Below are positions 51,501-60,044 of a stretch of DNA of 64,000 nt, in pieces. The DNA comes from Planctomycetota bacterium. GTDB taxonomy: Bacteria > Planctomycetota > UBA8742 > UBA2392. The translations under genes and the position numbers were made by a program. The stretch is taken from positions 38,548 through 102,547 of the forward strand of contig JAJVIO010000052.1 of the NCBI GenBank assembly GCA_022071975.1. The letters are read 5' to 3'. The stretch's first letter is position 1. Every line of letters starts with the position of its first letter. The notes beneath the pieces are model-generated. The model made no database searches. It was not told where the DNA came from and saw nothing but the letters and a program-made list of their open reading frames with translations.

Positions 51501-51817
51501 AGGCGCGCCGCGAGTTGCCGGAGTTCGGCTTCATGACGCCGGATGGCCCGCGGCGTCTCGACCTGCTGCGCGAGCTGGCAAACGGCGAGTACGAGATCAT
51601 CGACTACAAGACCGACACTGTGGAAAGCGACCTCGCCGGCCACGCGGAAACCCACCACGGCGAGCAGCTGCGTGGCTATGCGACCGCGTTGCGCGAGTAC
51701 CTGAAAGCGCGCGGGCGTGAGGCGAAACGCGTGCGCCTGTTTGTTTGTTTCACCGCGCCGGATGGCTTGCGGCCCGCGCAGCGGCTGGTTGAAATCGCGC
51801 CAGGGGACAGTCCCTGA
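48509..51817 (+). CDS. addA: AddA/RecB-like UvrD-family helicase with C-terminal PD-(D/E)xK nuclease
   Basis: Walker A AGAGAGKTQ, DEYQDTN, NYRT, and C-terminal EIIDYKTD. The last codons overlap a GGGGACAGTCCCT repeat. Confidence 0.85.
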   Translation: MNTPAAASRLNDGQRAALDLSRDMLVSAGAGAGKTQVLGLRYLALLEEGLAAVPDIVAFTFTDKAAAEMRERVQRLLLARILELQGGDKQRLARLRQAQAEFARNRISTMHGFCHRLLRDYAWEAGLEPRAPVLDERAQALCRERAIRAVLLATDASDNPALAEALVRLGSVVRLYSLSGSLSEMLRKRAFVREPLQRAAELWADPDAEVTRRREAWEGMFAGPLQATLGAIKRIDHAAAAGAKDGDKLKQLVFDLREAAKARDVFRLRGLLLTNDGTPRKPGGAKTGWKHAPDALETVREQVSTAAMALAPAAEVLGFPFDEAFERRAGAVARDLAVVFEAVCAAYTEECAGGLDFLDLELRALELLRREPEVRKQAIEAARYLLVDEYQDTNPTQAELLALLTDEADAPGRFFAVGDAKQSIYAFRGSDVRVFNQALEWIPQRNANSGAGKRGMQPPWGLTCQDTPERRSGIVRLEHNYRTVQPVLELGNRLFAAIFGAGPYRDFDARPQDMLFDKHAGKRPERELDKPVEFHLLPGANSAEEAEYLAQQVERLRDEGVQLSDVAILVRRSTRNAQYREAFARRDLPLLVIGESGLFTTQEALDCINLLRVLANPADDIAMLGVLRSPLGGLSDAFLTELALGSNRHHTLLKRLQDWSDKPPAAQSFLAGYERLRSRAGRDAPALLLGEALAAFGYQLAVGCGPDAEQRLANVNRMLELVRAMQHELPSLAPLVRELRERLERGEDETQGVPDRSVEGVRLMTIHKAKGLEFPVVILPDLAGEGGGGGQGMVRELPEQEGEPLGIYLKSLDDDDRGEYRSDFAAWRAKYAAIERGLAEEKRVLYVAWTRASERLLLLGSLKPDKEFDKQHWAHQLLRALEVRDWEGAAPQPCVRMVWPDAVQPGEARPHTPAIEAARKALQKGKLPLPAPIDAALVAPVGEAAAKPRAFDPEAVEFGTLVHAGLERRLRGAEVGVLDARALSHVQRAAEALATLGKARRELPEFGFMTPDGPRRLDLLRELANGEYEIIDYKTDTVESDLAGHAETHHGEQLRGYATALREYLKARGREAKRVRLFVCFTAPDGLRPAQRLVEIAPGDSP

Positions 51818-51896
51818 AAGGAACTATCCCCGTAGTCGATCCGTGAAGCGGTCTCGTTGGCCGTCACGTGTTGGATGGGTTTCGCCGGCTCGAAGA

Positions 51897-51925
51897 CGGG
51901 GACAGTCCCCTGCGGGGACAGTCCC
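51897..51925. repeat. tandem pair GGGGACAGTCCCC-TGC-GGGGACAGTCCCC, 8 bp upstream of the MATE start
   Basis: Seen directly; the same pair occurs at 26025-26053. Confidence 0.7.
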
Positions 51926-51933
51926 CAACGCTT

Positions 51934-53319
51934 ATGGCTCTGCTGATCAAAGACTCGAACCAGTTGCGGCACGTGCTGTTCTTCGGCATGCCGCTGGTGC
52001 TTGGGCTGGCGTGCCACGCGCTGTTCAACCTGGTGGACACCCTGCTGGTCGGCCAACTGGGCGACATTGAGGGCGCCCGCGCGATCAGCGTGACTGGTTT
52101 GTGCGACCCGATCACCACCTTCCAGACCATCCTGTTCAACGGGCCCATTGCCGGCGCCGGGGTGCTGCTGGCGCGGGGGGTGGGCGCCAAGGATGACGAA
52201 GGCCTGCGCCGTGTGGCCTTGCGCGCCACGAGCGTGGTGATCGCGCTGTCGCTGCTGATGGCCGTGCCCGGGCTGATCTGGGCCGAGGAAATCGCCACCG
52301 CCATGGGCGCCCAGGCCGGCTGGCAGCTCGAGCAGTGCGCCGAATACCTGCGCATCATGCTGGGCGGCGGCATCACGGCCGGCATGTTCCTGTACCTGAC
52401 CACCGTCGAGCGCAGCCTGGGGCGCACCAGCCTGTTCCTGGGCTTTTTCATGTTAAGCAACCTGCTGAACGCGGGGCTGGGCCTGCTGCTGATCTACGGC
52501 GACGGGCCGTACCCGGGCTTCGTGCCCGGTTTCCTGCGCGAGCTGGGCATCCCGCGCATGGGCGTGATCGGCAGCGCGTGGTCCACCGTTGGCGCGCGCG
52601 CGATCGCGGGCGTGATGCTGCTGGGCTTCGGCCTGTGGCGCGGGCACATGCGCGGCAAGCTGACCTGGCTGTGGCCACAGGGCAAGACGGCGCTTGAGCT
52701 GATACGCATCGGGCTGTGGAACAACGGGCAGATCGCCGCGCGCGGCATCGCGGGCGGCGTGATGATCCGCAGCATGCAGGAGGCCGGTGACCGCGACCCC
52801 AGCGTGCTGGGCGGCATTTTCGTGGGGCTGAAGATCGAGCTGCTGCTGATCCTGCTGTCGTTCGGCTGGGGCGCCGCGGCGCAGACCCTGGTCGCCACCA
52901 GCCTCGGCGCCGGCAAGCCCGAGCGCGCGGCACACGAAGAACGGCTGGCTGTGGTGTTCGCGGTGCTGACCGGCATCGCGCTGACCGTGCCGCTGTTCGT
53001 GTTCGCCGAGGAAGTGGCGGCCGTGTTCAACCCCGAGCCCGCGCTGGTGGGCTGGGCCGAGACGTACGTTCAGCTGATGGCCGTGGCGTTCCTGTTCGTG
53101 CCGGTGAACATCGTGATCAGCCAGGCGCTGGTCTCGCGCGACCGGCTGAAGACGCCGGTGCTGATCGACTCCATCGTGCTGCTGGGCGTGATGACGCCCG
53201 CCATGATCATCGCCACCCTGGCAGGCGCGCCTGTGAAAGCGCTGATCATCCTGAACGCGGGCGTGAACATCGCGCTTACGCTGATCTACGTCGCGGTGCG
53301 CTGGCGGATCGGCCGGTAG
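51934..53319 (+). CDS. MATE family efflux transporter
   Basis: 12-TM protein with the MATE N-terminal pattern (FFGMPLVLG...). Confidence 0.85.
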   Translation: MALLIKDSNQLRHVLFFGMPLVLGLACHALFNLVDTLLVGQLGDIEGARAISVTGLCDPITTFQTILFNGPIAGAGVLLARGVGAKDDEGLRRVALRATSVVIALSLLMAVPGLIWAEEIATAMGAQAGWQLEQCAEYLRIMLGGGITAGMFLYLTTVERSLGRTSLFLGFFMLSNLLNAGLGLLLIYGDGPYPGFVPGFLRELGIPRMGVIGSAWSTVGARAIAGVMLLGFGLWRGHMRGKLTWLWPQGKTALELIRIGLWNNGQIAARGIAGGVMIRSMQEAGDRDPSVLGGIFVGLKIELLLILLSFGWGAAAQTLVATSLGAGKPERAAHEERLAVVFAVLTGIALTVPLFVFAEEVAAVFNPEPALVGWAETYVQLMAVAFLFVPVNIVISQALVSRDRLKTPVLIDSIVLLGVMTPAMIIATLAGAPVKALIILNAGVNIALTLIYVAVRWRIGR

Positions 53320-53322
53320 GGT

Positions 53323-54519
53323 TTATGCCCCTGCCATCAGCATCATCATGCAGCCGCCCATCATCAGGATGATCACGCCGATCACCGCCAGCGCGATCCA
53401 CAGCAGCTTGTTCGACGAGCTGCTGCTCGTGGGGTACGCGTGCGGGTAGCCGGGCGCCGGTGAAGCGTGCATGGGCGTGGCGTGCACCGGCGGCTGGGTC
53501 CAGGCCGGCTGGCTGGGCGGCGGGGGCGTCGGCGCGGCGGGCACGTACTGGCTGACCGAGCCGTGCTCGAGCAGATCTTCCAGCGAGTTCAGCCGCACGC
53601 TGCCCACCATCTGCGCCAGCCGGTCGTGCACCTCGCGCGCGCTGGGGCGCTGGGCGGCGTCGCGGCTGGTCATGCTGATCAACAGGTACACGGCGGCGTC
53701 GGGCAGGTGCCCGAACTTCTCGCGCTCGTAGGGCACGTCCTTGTTCACGTGCTGCACGGCGATACTGACCGGCGTAGTGCCGTTGTAGGGCGGCGCGCCG
53801 GTGATCAGGTGCCAGGCCGTGATGCCCAGGCTGTAGATGTCCGAGCGCTGGTCGATCTCCTGGCCGTGGGATTGCTCCGGGCTCATATAATGCGCCGTAC
53901 CGATCGCCGCGCCCGGCATGGTCAGCTCGGTGGTGGCTTCCACGGCGCGCGCGAGGCCGAAGTCGCCCAGTTTCACGCGGCCGTCCTTGGCCACGAAAAT
54001 GTTGTGCGGCTTGATGTCGCGGTGCACGATGCCCTGCGCGTGGGCATGCGCCAGGCCGTCGGCCACCTGCGCGATCACCTTCAGCGCCGCCATGCCGGCC
54101 AGCGGCCCGTGCTTCTTCAGCAGCGCGGAGAGGTCGGTGCCGTCCACGAACTCCATCACGATGTAGGGCGTGCCGTTTTGCTCGGCCACGTCCAGCACGC
54201 GCACGATGTTGGGGTGATCCAGCTTCGCGGCCGTGCGGGCCTCGCGCAGGAAGCGCTGGCGGCCCATGGAGTCGCGGGCCAGGGCCTCGCCCATGGTCTT
54301 GACGGCCACGGGCACGTCGAGGCCCAGGTGCAGGCCCTTGTAGACCTTGCCCATGCCGCCGGCACCCAGCTCGCGGGTGACCTGCACCTGGCCGAAGCGC
54401 AGGTTGAGCTCGGGCTCGGGGGGCGGGTCGGCGGGCTGCTGCGACGTGGCCGAGTCGGAACCGACCTCAAGCAGGGTCTGTTCCTCGACAGGTTTGAATG
54501 CGTGTTTATCGTCAGGCAT
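53323..54519 (-). CDS. Ser/Thr protein kinase with Pro-rich linker and C-terminal TM anchor
   Basis: GAGGMGKVYKG, VAVK, HRDIKPHN, DFG motifs; C-terminal LLWIALAVIGVIILMMGG. Confidence 0.9.
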   Translation of the reverse strand: MPDDKHAFKPVEEQTLLEVGSDSATSQQPADPPPEPELNLRFGQVQVTRELGAGGMGKVYKGLHLGLDVPVAVKTMGEALARDSMGRQRFLREARTAAKLDHPNIVRVLDVAEQNGTPYIVMEFVDGTDLSALLKKHGPLAGMAALKVIAQVADGLAHAHAQGIVHRDIKPHNIFVAKDGRVKLGDFGLARAVEATTELTMPGAAIGTAHYMSPEQSHGQEIDQRSDIYSLGITAWHLITGAPPYNGTTPVSIAVQHVNKDVPYEREKFGHLPDAAVYLLISMTSRDAAQRPSAREVHDRLAQMVGSVRLNSLEDLLEHGSVSQYVPAAPTPPPPSQPAWTQPPVHATPMHASPAPGYPHAYPTSSSSSNKLLWIALAVIGVIILMMGGCMMMLMAGA

Positions 54520-54526
54520 GGAGAGG

Positions 54527-54612
54527 ACAGGTTACAGGTTTCAGGGACCAGGTGTCAGGGAGTGCCGATGATACTTGAAACCTGTTCCCTGAAACCTGGA
54601 ACCTGAAACCTG
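54527..54612. repeat. hairpin with tandem CAGGTTTCAG-unit arms in the divergent region between the kinase and epimerase genes
   Basis: ACAGGTTACAGGTTTCAGGGACCAGGTGTCAGGGAG ... CTTGAAACCTGTTCCCTGAAACCTGGAACCTGAAACCTG. Confidence 0.55.
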
Positions 54613-55602
54613 ATGGCGAAGGCACTGGTAACAGGCGGCACGGGCTTCATCGGCGCGGCGATCGTGCGCGCGCTGCTGGCCAATGGCGAGCAGGTGAAGG
54701 TGTTCCGCCGCGAGGGCAGCCCGCTCACGAACTTACAGGGGCTCGAGGTCGAGTACGCCATCGGCGACCTGCTGGATCGCGACAGCCTGCTGCGTGCCCT
54801 GGACGGCTGCGACCGCATGTACCATTGCGCGGCCCTGTACGCGCTGTCCGGCGGCTACGAGAAATACCTGCAGGCCAACGTGGTGGGCACCCGCAACGCG
54901 CTGGGCGCAGCGTACGAGAAGCGCCTCGAGCGCGTGGTCTACACCAGCACCAACGCCACCATCGGCGGCCCGCGCGACCCGCGGGCGCTGGTGACCGAGG
55001 ACCAGGTCTGGAACTTCGGCCCCCTCAACAACCCCTACATCACCAGCAAGTTCGTGGCCGAGCACGAGGCCCTGAAATGGGGCGCCCGCGGCCTGCCCGT
55101 GGTAATCGTCAACCCGGGCGCGCCGATCGGCCCCGGCGACGTGCGCCCCACGCCCACGGGCGCGATGGTTCTGAACCTGATCAAGGGCCGCTACCCGATG
55201 TGGGTGCCGGTGGAGATCGGTTGCGTGGATGTGGACGACTGCGGCCTGCAACACCGCCTCGCGATGGAAAAGGGCAAACCCGGCGAGCGCTACCTGAGCA
55301 TCGGCGAGACGCTGTCGGTGAAGCAGATGGGCCAACTGCTGCGCGAAACGGTGGGCTCACCTTGGCGGCCGACCGTGCCCGGCCCGCTGCTGAAGCTGAC
55401 CATCTACAGCACCTACCTGCTGCCCCAGTGGATGAATTTTCTCGCGGCCGTGGCGAGGTACCCGCTGCACTCGTTCAGGTACGACACCAGGAAGACACAA
55501 GAAGAACTGGGCATGCAGTTCCGCCCCCTGAAACAAAGCCTCGAATCCGCCGCCCGTTGGTACGCAGAAGACGGCCGCTGCAAACTGCGGAATCCAGTTT
55601 GA
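54613..55602 (+). CDS. NAD-dependent epimerase/dehydratase family protein
   Basis: N-terminal VTGGTGFIGAAIV Rossmann motif; ~330 aa. Confidence 0.85.
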   Translation: MAKALVTGGTGFIGAAIVRALLANGEQVKVFRREGSPLTNLQGLEVEYAIGDLLDRDSLLRALDGCDRMYHCAALYALSGGYEKYLQANVVGTRNALGAAYEKRLERVVYTSTNATIGGPRDPRALVTEDQVWNFGPLNNPYITSKFVAEHEALKWGARGLPVVIVNPGAPIGPGDVRPTPTGAMVLNLIKGRYPMWVPVEIGCVDVDDCGLQHRLAMEKGKPGERYLSIGETLSVKQMGQLLRETVGSPWRPTVPGPLLKLTIYSTYLLPQWMNFLAAVARYPLHSFRYDTRKTQEELGMQFRPLKQSLESAARWYAEDGRCKLRNPV

Positions 55603-55640
55603 CGCGAAGTTCGCGAAGGCCGCGAAGAACTGCAGAAAAT

Positions 55641-55722
55641 GAACCACAGATAAACACGGATGGACACGGATAAACACGGATAAAACGAGGCACCCGTGTT
55701 TATCTGTGTTCACCTGTGGTTT
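55641..55722. repeat. hairpin with tandem ACACGGAT-unit arms
   Basis: GAACCACAGATAAACACGGATGGACACGGATAAACACGGATAAAACGAGG ... CACCCGTGTTTATCTGTGTTCACCTGTGGTTTC. Confidence 0.55.
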
Positions 55723-55778
55723 CCAAACTCACTCGACCTGCAGTTGGGCCGCGAAAACCCGAAGGCATGAAAAGCTTC

Positions 55779-55842
55779 ATCGCGCAGAGAGCGCAGAGGA
55801 CACAGAGAGGTAACTCTGCGATCTCTGCGGCCTCTGCGCGAT
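55779..55842. repeat. hairpin ATCGCGCAGAGAGCGCAGAGGACACAGAGAGG ... CTCTGCGATCTCTGCGGCCTCTGCGCGAT, same family as 7640-7730
   Basis: The first 20 nt are identical to the 7640 element; the ends are perfectly complementary. Confidence 0.6.
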
Positions 55843-56032
55843 GATTGCTTTTCCGTGAGTCTCCGCGAAATCCGTGGCTTGGCGCTTCTTCGCGGTTCCA
55901 TGCGTGGTTCCGGCCCTTGTTTCGTGAAACAATCCCCGCTAGCTTTGCGTTCCAGTGATGGCGCGACGGGCCGTATCCGTCGGGCCGGGTTGTGTGGCGG
56001 TTCGTATCCGTCACCGAAACGGGAGAAAAACC

Positions 56033-58000
56033 ATGATCAGCGTGATGCTGCCGGACGGCAGCGCAAAGCAGTTATCTGACGGCGCCTCAGCCGCGGACCT
56101 CGCCAAATCAATCTCAGACGGACTCGCCCGCGTAGCCGTGGCCGCCAAGGTCAACGACGCCGTCGTAGACCTGCAGCGCCCCCTGCCCGACGGCGCCAAG
56201 GTCCAGATCCTCACCAAGAAAGACGCCGAAGCCCTCGAGGTGCTGCGCCACTCGGCCGCGCATTTGATGGCCGACGCGATCCTGCGCATCTTCCCCAAGG
56301 CGCAGCTCACCATCGGCCCGGTGGTCGAGGACGGCTTCTATTACGACATCTACTACCCCGAGGGCAAAATCACCCCGGACGACTTCCCCAAGATCGAGGC
56401 GGAAATGGCCAAGATCGCGAAGCAGGGGCACGCCTTCGTGCGCTGCGTCAGCGGCTACGATGAAGCCAACGAGCACTACGCGCGCTACAAGGCCATCGAC
56501 GGCGGCCACAACAAGTTCAAGCAGGAACTCGTCGGCGGCATCAAGGAGCGCGGCGAAGAGCTCACTTTCTACAAGCACGGCGATTTCATCGACCTGTGCC
56601 GCGGCCCCCACGTGCCCGACACCGGCTGGTTGAAGCATGTGAAGCTCACCAAGGTCAGCGGCGCTTACTGGCGCGCCGACCAGGCCAAGGAGCAGCTGCA
56701 GCGCGTGTACGGCACCGCGTTCTTCAGCAAGGACGAACTGGAGGCCTACTTCCACAGGCTGGAAGAAGCCCGCAAACGCGACCACCGCCTGATCGGCGAA
56801 CAGCAGGAACTGTTCATGTTCACCGAGGACGCGCCGGGCTTCCCGTTCTATCTGCCCAAGGGCGCGCAGCTCTGGAACACCCTCGCCAACTACGCGCGCA
56901 ACAAGCTGAAGAAGCGCGGCTACTACGAGGTAAAGGGGCCGATCATTCTTTCGGAATCCCTGTGGCACACCAGCGGCCACTACGAGAACTACCTCGAGAA
57001 CATGTTCTTCACCAAGATGAAGATGGCGAATGAAAAGAAGGCCGGCCTGATCGTCGACGTGGAAGAAGACCGGCCGATGGCGGTCAAGCCGATGAACTGC
57101 CCCGGCCACTGCCTGATTTTCAAGCACAAGCTGCGCTCGCACAACGACATGCCGATCCGTTACTCTGAACTCGGCCTGGTGCACCGGCGCGAGCTTTCCG
57201 GTGTGCGCCACGGCCTGTTCCGCGTGCAGGCCTTCACCCAGGACGACGCCCACCACTTCGTGACCCCGGAGCAGATCGTCGGCGAAGTGCAGATGCTGAT
57301 CGACTATTTCAAAGAGGTGTACGCCGACTTCAACATCACCGACTACCACATGGAGCTCAGCACCCGGCCGGAGAAGCGCGTCGGCAGCGACGAGATCTGG
57401 GACCGCGCGGAGAACGGGCTGAAACAGGCGCTCGAGGCCGGCGGCTACAAGTACAAGCTGAACCCGGGCGACGGCGCGTTCTATGGGCCGAAGATCGACT
57501 TTCACATCAAGGACAGCCTGAACCGCACCTGGCAGTGCGGCACCATCCAGCTCGACTTCAGCATGCCTGAACGCTTCGGCCTGCAGTACATCGGCGCCGA
57601 CGGCCAGCGCCACACCCCGGTGATGATCCACCGCGCCGGCCTGGGCTCGCTGGAGAGGTTCATGGGCATGATCATCGAGCATTACGCGGGCGCGTTCCCG
57701 CTGTGGCTGGCGCCGGTACAGGTGCAGGTGATCCCGGTGAGCGAGAAGTTTGTCGAGTACGCCAAGCAGGTGAACGACAGGTTCATCGACTTCGGCCTGC
57801 GCTCAGAGGTGAATTTAAAAGACGACCGCGTTGGTTACAAAATCCGCGAGGCCAGCCTGCAGAAGATTCCCTACGCCATAGTGGTAGGCGAGAAGGAACA
57901 GGAAAACGGCACCATAAACATAAGAAGCCGCGACCAGGGCGAGCTAGGCGAGATGCCGCTGGACAAGTTCCTCGAAAGCCTGAAAGACTGGCGCAAGTAG
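56033..58000 (+). CDS. thrS: threonine--tRNA ligase
   Basis: TGS domain, class II aaRS motifs, and C-terminal anticodon-binding domain. GGGAGAAAAACC RBS context before the ATG at 56033. Confidence 0.95.
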   Translation: MISVMLPDGSAKQLSDGASAADLAKSISDGLARVAVAAKVNDAVVDLQRPLPDGAKVQILTKKDAEALEVLRHSAAHLMADAILRIFPKAQLTIGPVVEDGFYYDIYYPEGKITPDDFPKIEAEMAKIAKQGHAFVRCVSGYDEANEHYARYKAIDGGHNKFKQELVGGIKERGEELTFYKHGDFIDLCRGPHVPDTGWLKHVKLTKVSGAYWRADQAKEQLQRVYGTAFFSKDELEAYFHRLEEARKRDHRLIGEQQELFMFTEDAPGFPFYLPKGAQLWNTLANYARNKLKKRGYYEVKGPIILSESLWHTSGHYENYLENMFFTKMKMANEKKAGLIVDVEEDRPMAVKPMNCPGHCLIFKHKLRSHNDMPIRYSELGLVHRRELSGVRHGLFRVQAFTQDDAHHFVTPEQIVGEVQMLIDYFKEVYADFNITDYHMELSTRPEKRVGSDEIWDRAENGLKQALEAGGYKYKLNPGDGAFYGPKIDFHIKDSLNRTWQCGTIQLDFSMPERFGLQYIGADGQRHTPVMIHRAGLGSLERFMGMIIEHYAGAFPLWLAPVQVQVIPVSEKFVEYAKQVNDRFIDFGLRSEVNLKDDRVGYKIREASLQKIPYAIVVGEKEQENGTINIRSRDQGELGEMPLDKFLESLKDWRK

Positions 58001-58014
58001 ACAGCAAATCCGCC

Positions 58015-58043
58015 GGGGACAGGCACCTTGGTGCCTGTCCCCC
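58015..58043 (+). terminator. terminator hairpin GGGGACAGGCACC-TTG-GTGCCTGTCCCC
   Basis: 13-bp perfect stem 15 nt after the thrS stop. Confidence 0.75.
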
Positions 58044-58119
58044 TTCGTGTTGCAATGCACATGCGCCTCGTCCTTGCACGCCACGCGCTTGCGCTCCGGG
58101 CTCTTGCTTCTTGCTCTCG

Positions 58120-58220
58120 TTGGCTGGTTCTGGCCCGCATAGCGGGCCAGCGAATGTAGCCTTGGGCGCAAGCCCAAGGTTGAATTGTTGCCGCAATCTT
58201 CAAGCCCGCGTAGCGGGCGA
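58120..58220. repeat. REP-like palindromes (GGCCCGCATAGCGGGCC; CCTTGGGCGCAAGCCCAAGG; GCCCGCGTAGCGGGC) upstream of the second RAYT
   Basis: Perfect palindromes seen directly; a different family from the 10604 modules. Confidence 0.6.
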
Positions 58221-58238
58221 CCGACCCGAAGGGAACGC

Positions 58239-58688
58239 ATGGCACAGACTTGGACGAAGCTCCTGTACCACGTCGTTTTTTCAACCAAGGATCGTCGTGA
58301 GCTGATCGTGCCAGCCTTCCAGCCCAAGCTGCACGCCTATATGGGCGGCATTATCAAGCGGCTCAAGGGTACACCCCTGATGATCGGCGGCGTGGCGGAT
58401 CACGTCCACGTCTTCACTTCGATTCCGCCGACGATCGCTGTTTCGGACTTCATGCGGGAGTTGAAAGCCGGCTCCAGCAAGTGGATCAACGAGGAGTCGC
58501 GCTCTGCGGTGCCATTCGAGTGGCAACGAGGGTATGCCGCATTCACAGTTGCACCCTCAGGCCGGGAAGCTTTGGAGCGCTACATCCTGGGGCAAGACGA
58601 GCATCACAACGGGCGTTCGTTCATCGACGAACTGAAGTCGTTGCTTGACGAGTACAGCGTGGACTACGACCCGCAGTACCTCGAATGA
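58239..58688 (+). CDS. IS200/IS605-like Y1 transposase (RAYT), second copy
   Basis: LLYHVVFSTKDR, HuH motif HVHVF, catalytic Tyr region YAAFTVA. ~45% identical to the 10976-11428 protein. Confidence 0.85.
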   Translation: MAQTWTKLLYHVVFSTKDRRELIVPAFQPKLHAYMGGIIKRLKGTPLMIGGVADHVHVFTSIPPTIAVSDFMRELKAGSSKWINEESRSAVPFEWQRGYAAFTVAPSGREALERYILGQDEHHNGRSFIDELKSLLDEYSVDYDPQYLE

Positions 58689-58699
58689 CATGCCGCTAC

Positions 58700-58800
58700 G
58701 CGGCTCGGTCGCCCGCTACGCGGGCTTGCACTCCCGTTGTCACGGGAACCTGGGGCTGGCGCCCCAGGCTATAGTCGTGGCGCCCGCTATGCGGGTGTAG
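58700..58800. repeat. REP-like palindromes downstream of the second RAYT (GCCCGCTACGCGGGC; CCTGGGGCTGGCGCCCCAGG; GCCCGCTATGCGGGTG)
   Basis: Seen directly. Confidence 0.6.
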
Positions 58801-58830
58801 GGCATTTGATGTCGCCTGTCATGTTATGCT

Positions 58831-59889
58831 TTGGGCATGGACGCTTTGCCTTCCATCCATGGTCGTGGGGCCTCTCGCAACCCGGCTAACCGGTTTGAGC
58901 GCATTGAGGTTCAGTACGACCCCCTTGAGTTCGACCCCGACGCGCCGGCGCCCCAAACCGAGTTCTTCTGGGACGACACACGCGAAATCATCTCCTGGAA
59001 TAACTCGCCCGACGTCCCCTTCGACGCGGCCGTGAATCCGTACCGCGGCTGCGAGCACGGCTGCGTCTACTGTTTCGCACGGCCGTTTCATGAGTACCTG
59101 GGCTACTCGGCGGGGCTGGATTTTGAAACCAAGATCCACGTCAAACGCAACGCGGCGGCGCTGCTGCGGCGCGAGTTCATGAAGCCGTCCTGGAAGCCGC
59201 AGACCGTAAGCCTCAGCAGCGTGACGGACGCGTACCAGCCCGTCGAGGCGAAGCTGCGCATCACGCGCGGCGTGCTGGAAGTGTTCGCCGAGTTCCGCAA
59301 CCCGGTGGGGGTGATCACCAAGAACGCGCTGGTCACGCGCGACATCGACCTGCTGAGCGAGCTGGCCAGGCACAACGCGGCCGGCGTCGCGCTCAGCATC
59401 ACCACCCTTGACGAGTCAATAGCCCGCAAGCTGGAGCCGCGCACCAGCACGATCGAAAAACGTTTCCAGGCGGTGAAGCAGCTGTCCGAGGCCGGCGTGC
59501 CGGTGACGGTGATGCTGGCGCCGATCATCCCGGGCCTGACCGACAGCGACATCCCCGGCCTGGTTGAGCGCGCGGCGCAAGCGGGGGCAAAGCGCGCGGT
59601 GATGCTGCCGGTGCGCCTGCCGCACGGGGTTGGCCCGCTGTTCGAGGAATGGCTTTCCGCGCATTTCCCCGGCCACAAGCAGAAGGTGCTGAATCGCATC
59701 CGGGAAATGCGCGGCGGCGAGCTGAACGACGGCCGCTTCAAAAAGCGCATGCAGGGCGAAGGCAAACGCGCCGAGCACCTGCACGCCATGTTCAAGCTGG
59801 CCGTCAAAAAGCACGGCCTGAACACCGAGCGCTTCGAGTACAGCACGGCGGCCTTCCGCCGCCCCGGCGCGACGAAGGCGATGTTCTAA
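58831..59889 (+). CDS. radical SAM protein, SplB-like (COG1533 / PA0069-type) putative DNA-repair photolyase-like enzyme
   Basis: NPYRGCEHGCVYCFARP signature; ~350 aa. Confidence 0.8.
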   Translation: MGMDALPSIHGRGASRNPANRFERIEVQYDPLEFDPDAPAPQTEFFWDDTREIISWNNSPDVPFDAAVNPYRGCEHGCVYCFARPFHEYLGYSAGLDFETKIHVKRNAAALLRREFMKPSWKPQTVSLSSVTDAYQPVEAKLRITRGVLEVFAEFRNPVGVITKNALVTRDIDLLSELARHNAAGVALSITTLDESIARKLEPRTSTIEKRFQAVKQLSEAGVPVTVMLAPIIPGLTDSDIPGLVERAAQAGAKRAVMLPVRLPHGVGPLFEEWLSAHFPGHKQKVLNRIREMRGGELNDGRFKKRMQGEGKRAEHLHAMFKLAVKKHGLNTERFEYSTAAFRRPGATKAMF

Positions 59890-59944
59890 CTTGCCTGCCA
59901 GAACACCGCGGAAACCCCCGGCGGGTTCTTTCCTTGAACTGCAA

Positions 59945-60036
59945 CTGCATGTGAACCACGAAGGAACACGAAGGGCCACGAAGAACTGCATTGTGCAGTG
60001 TGAACTCTTCGTGGCCCTTGGCGGTGCTTCGTGGTT
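59945..60036. terminator. bidirectional hairpin with CACGAAG-unit arms between convergent genes
   Basis: GAACCACGAAGGAACACGAAGGGCCACGAAGAACTGCA ... TGCAGTGTGAACTCTTCGTGGCCCTTGGCGGTGCTTCGTGGTT. Confidence 0.6.
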
Positions 60037-60044
60037 AGTTGTTT

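Noticed and set aside
55603-56032. T-box riboswitch upstream of thrS
   Set aside because: No T-box consensus (AATTAGGGTGGNACCGCG-like) or specifier-loop arrangement could be recognised; the leader is instead filled with unit-arm hairpins.
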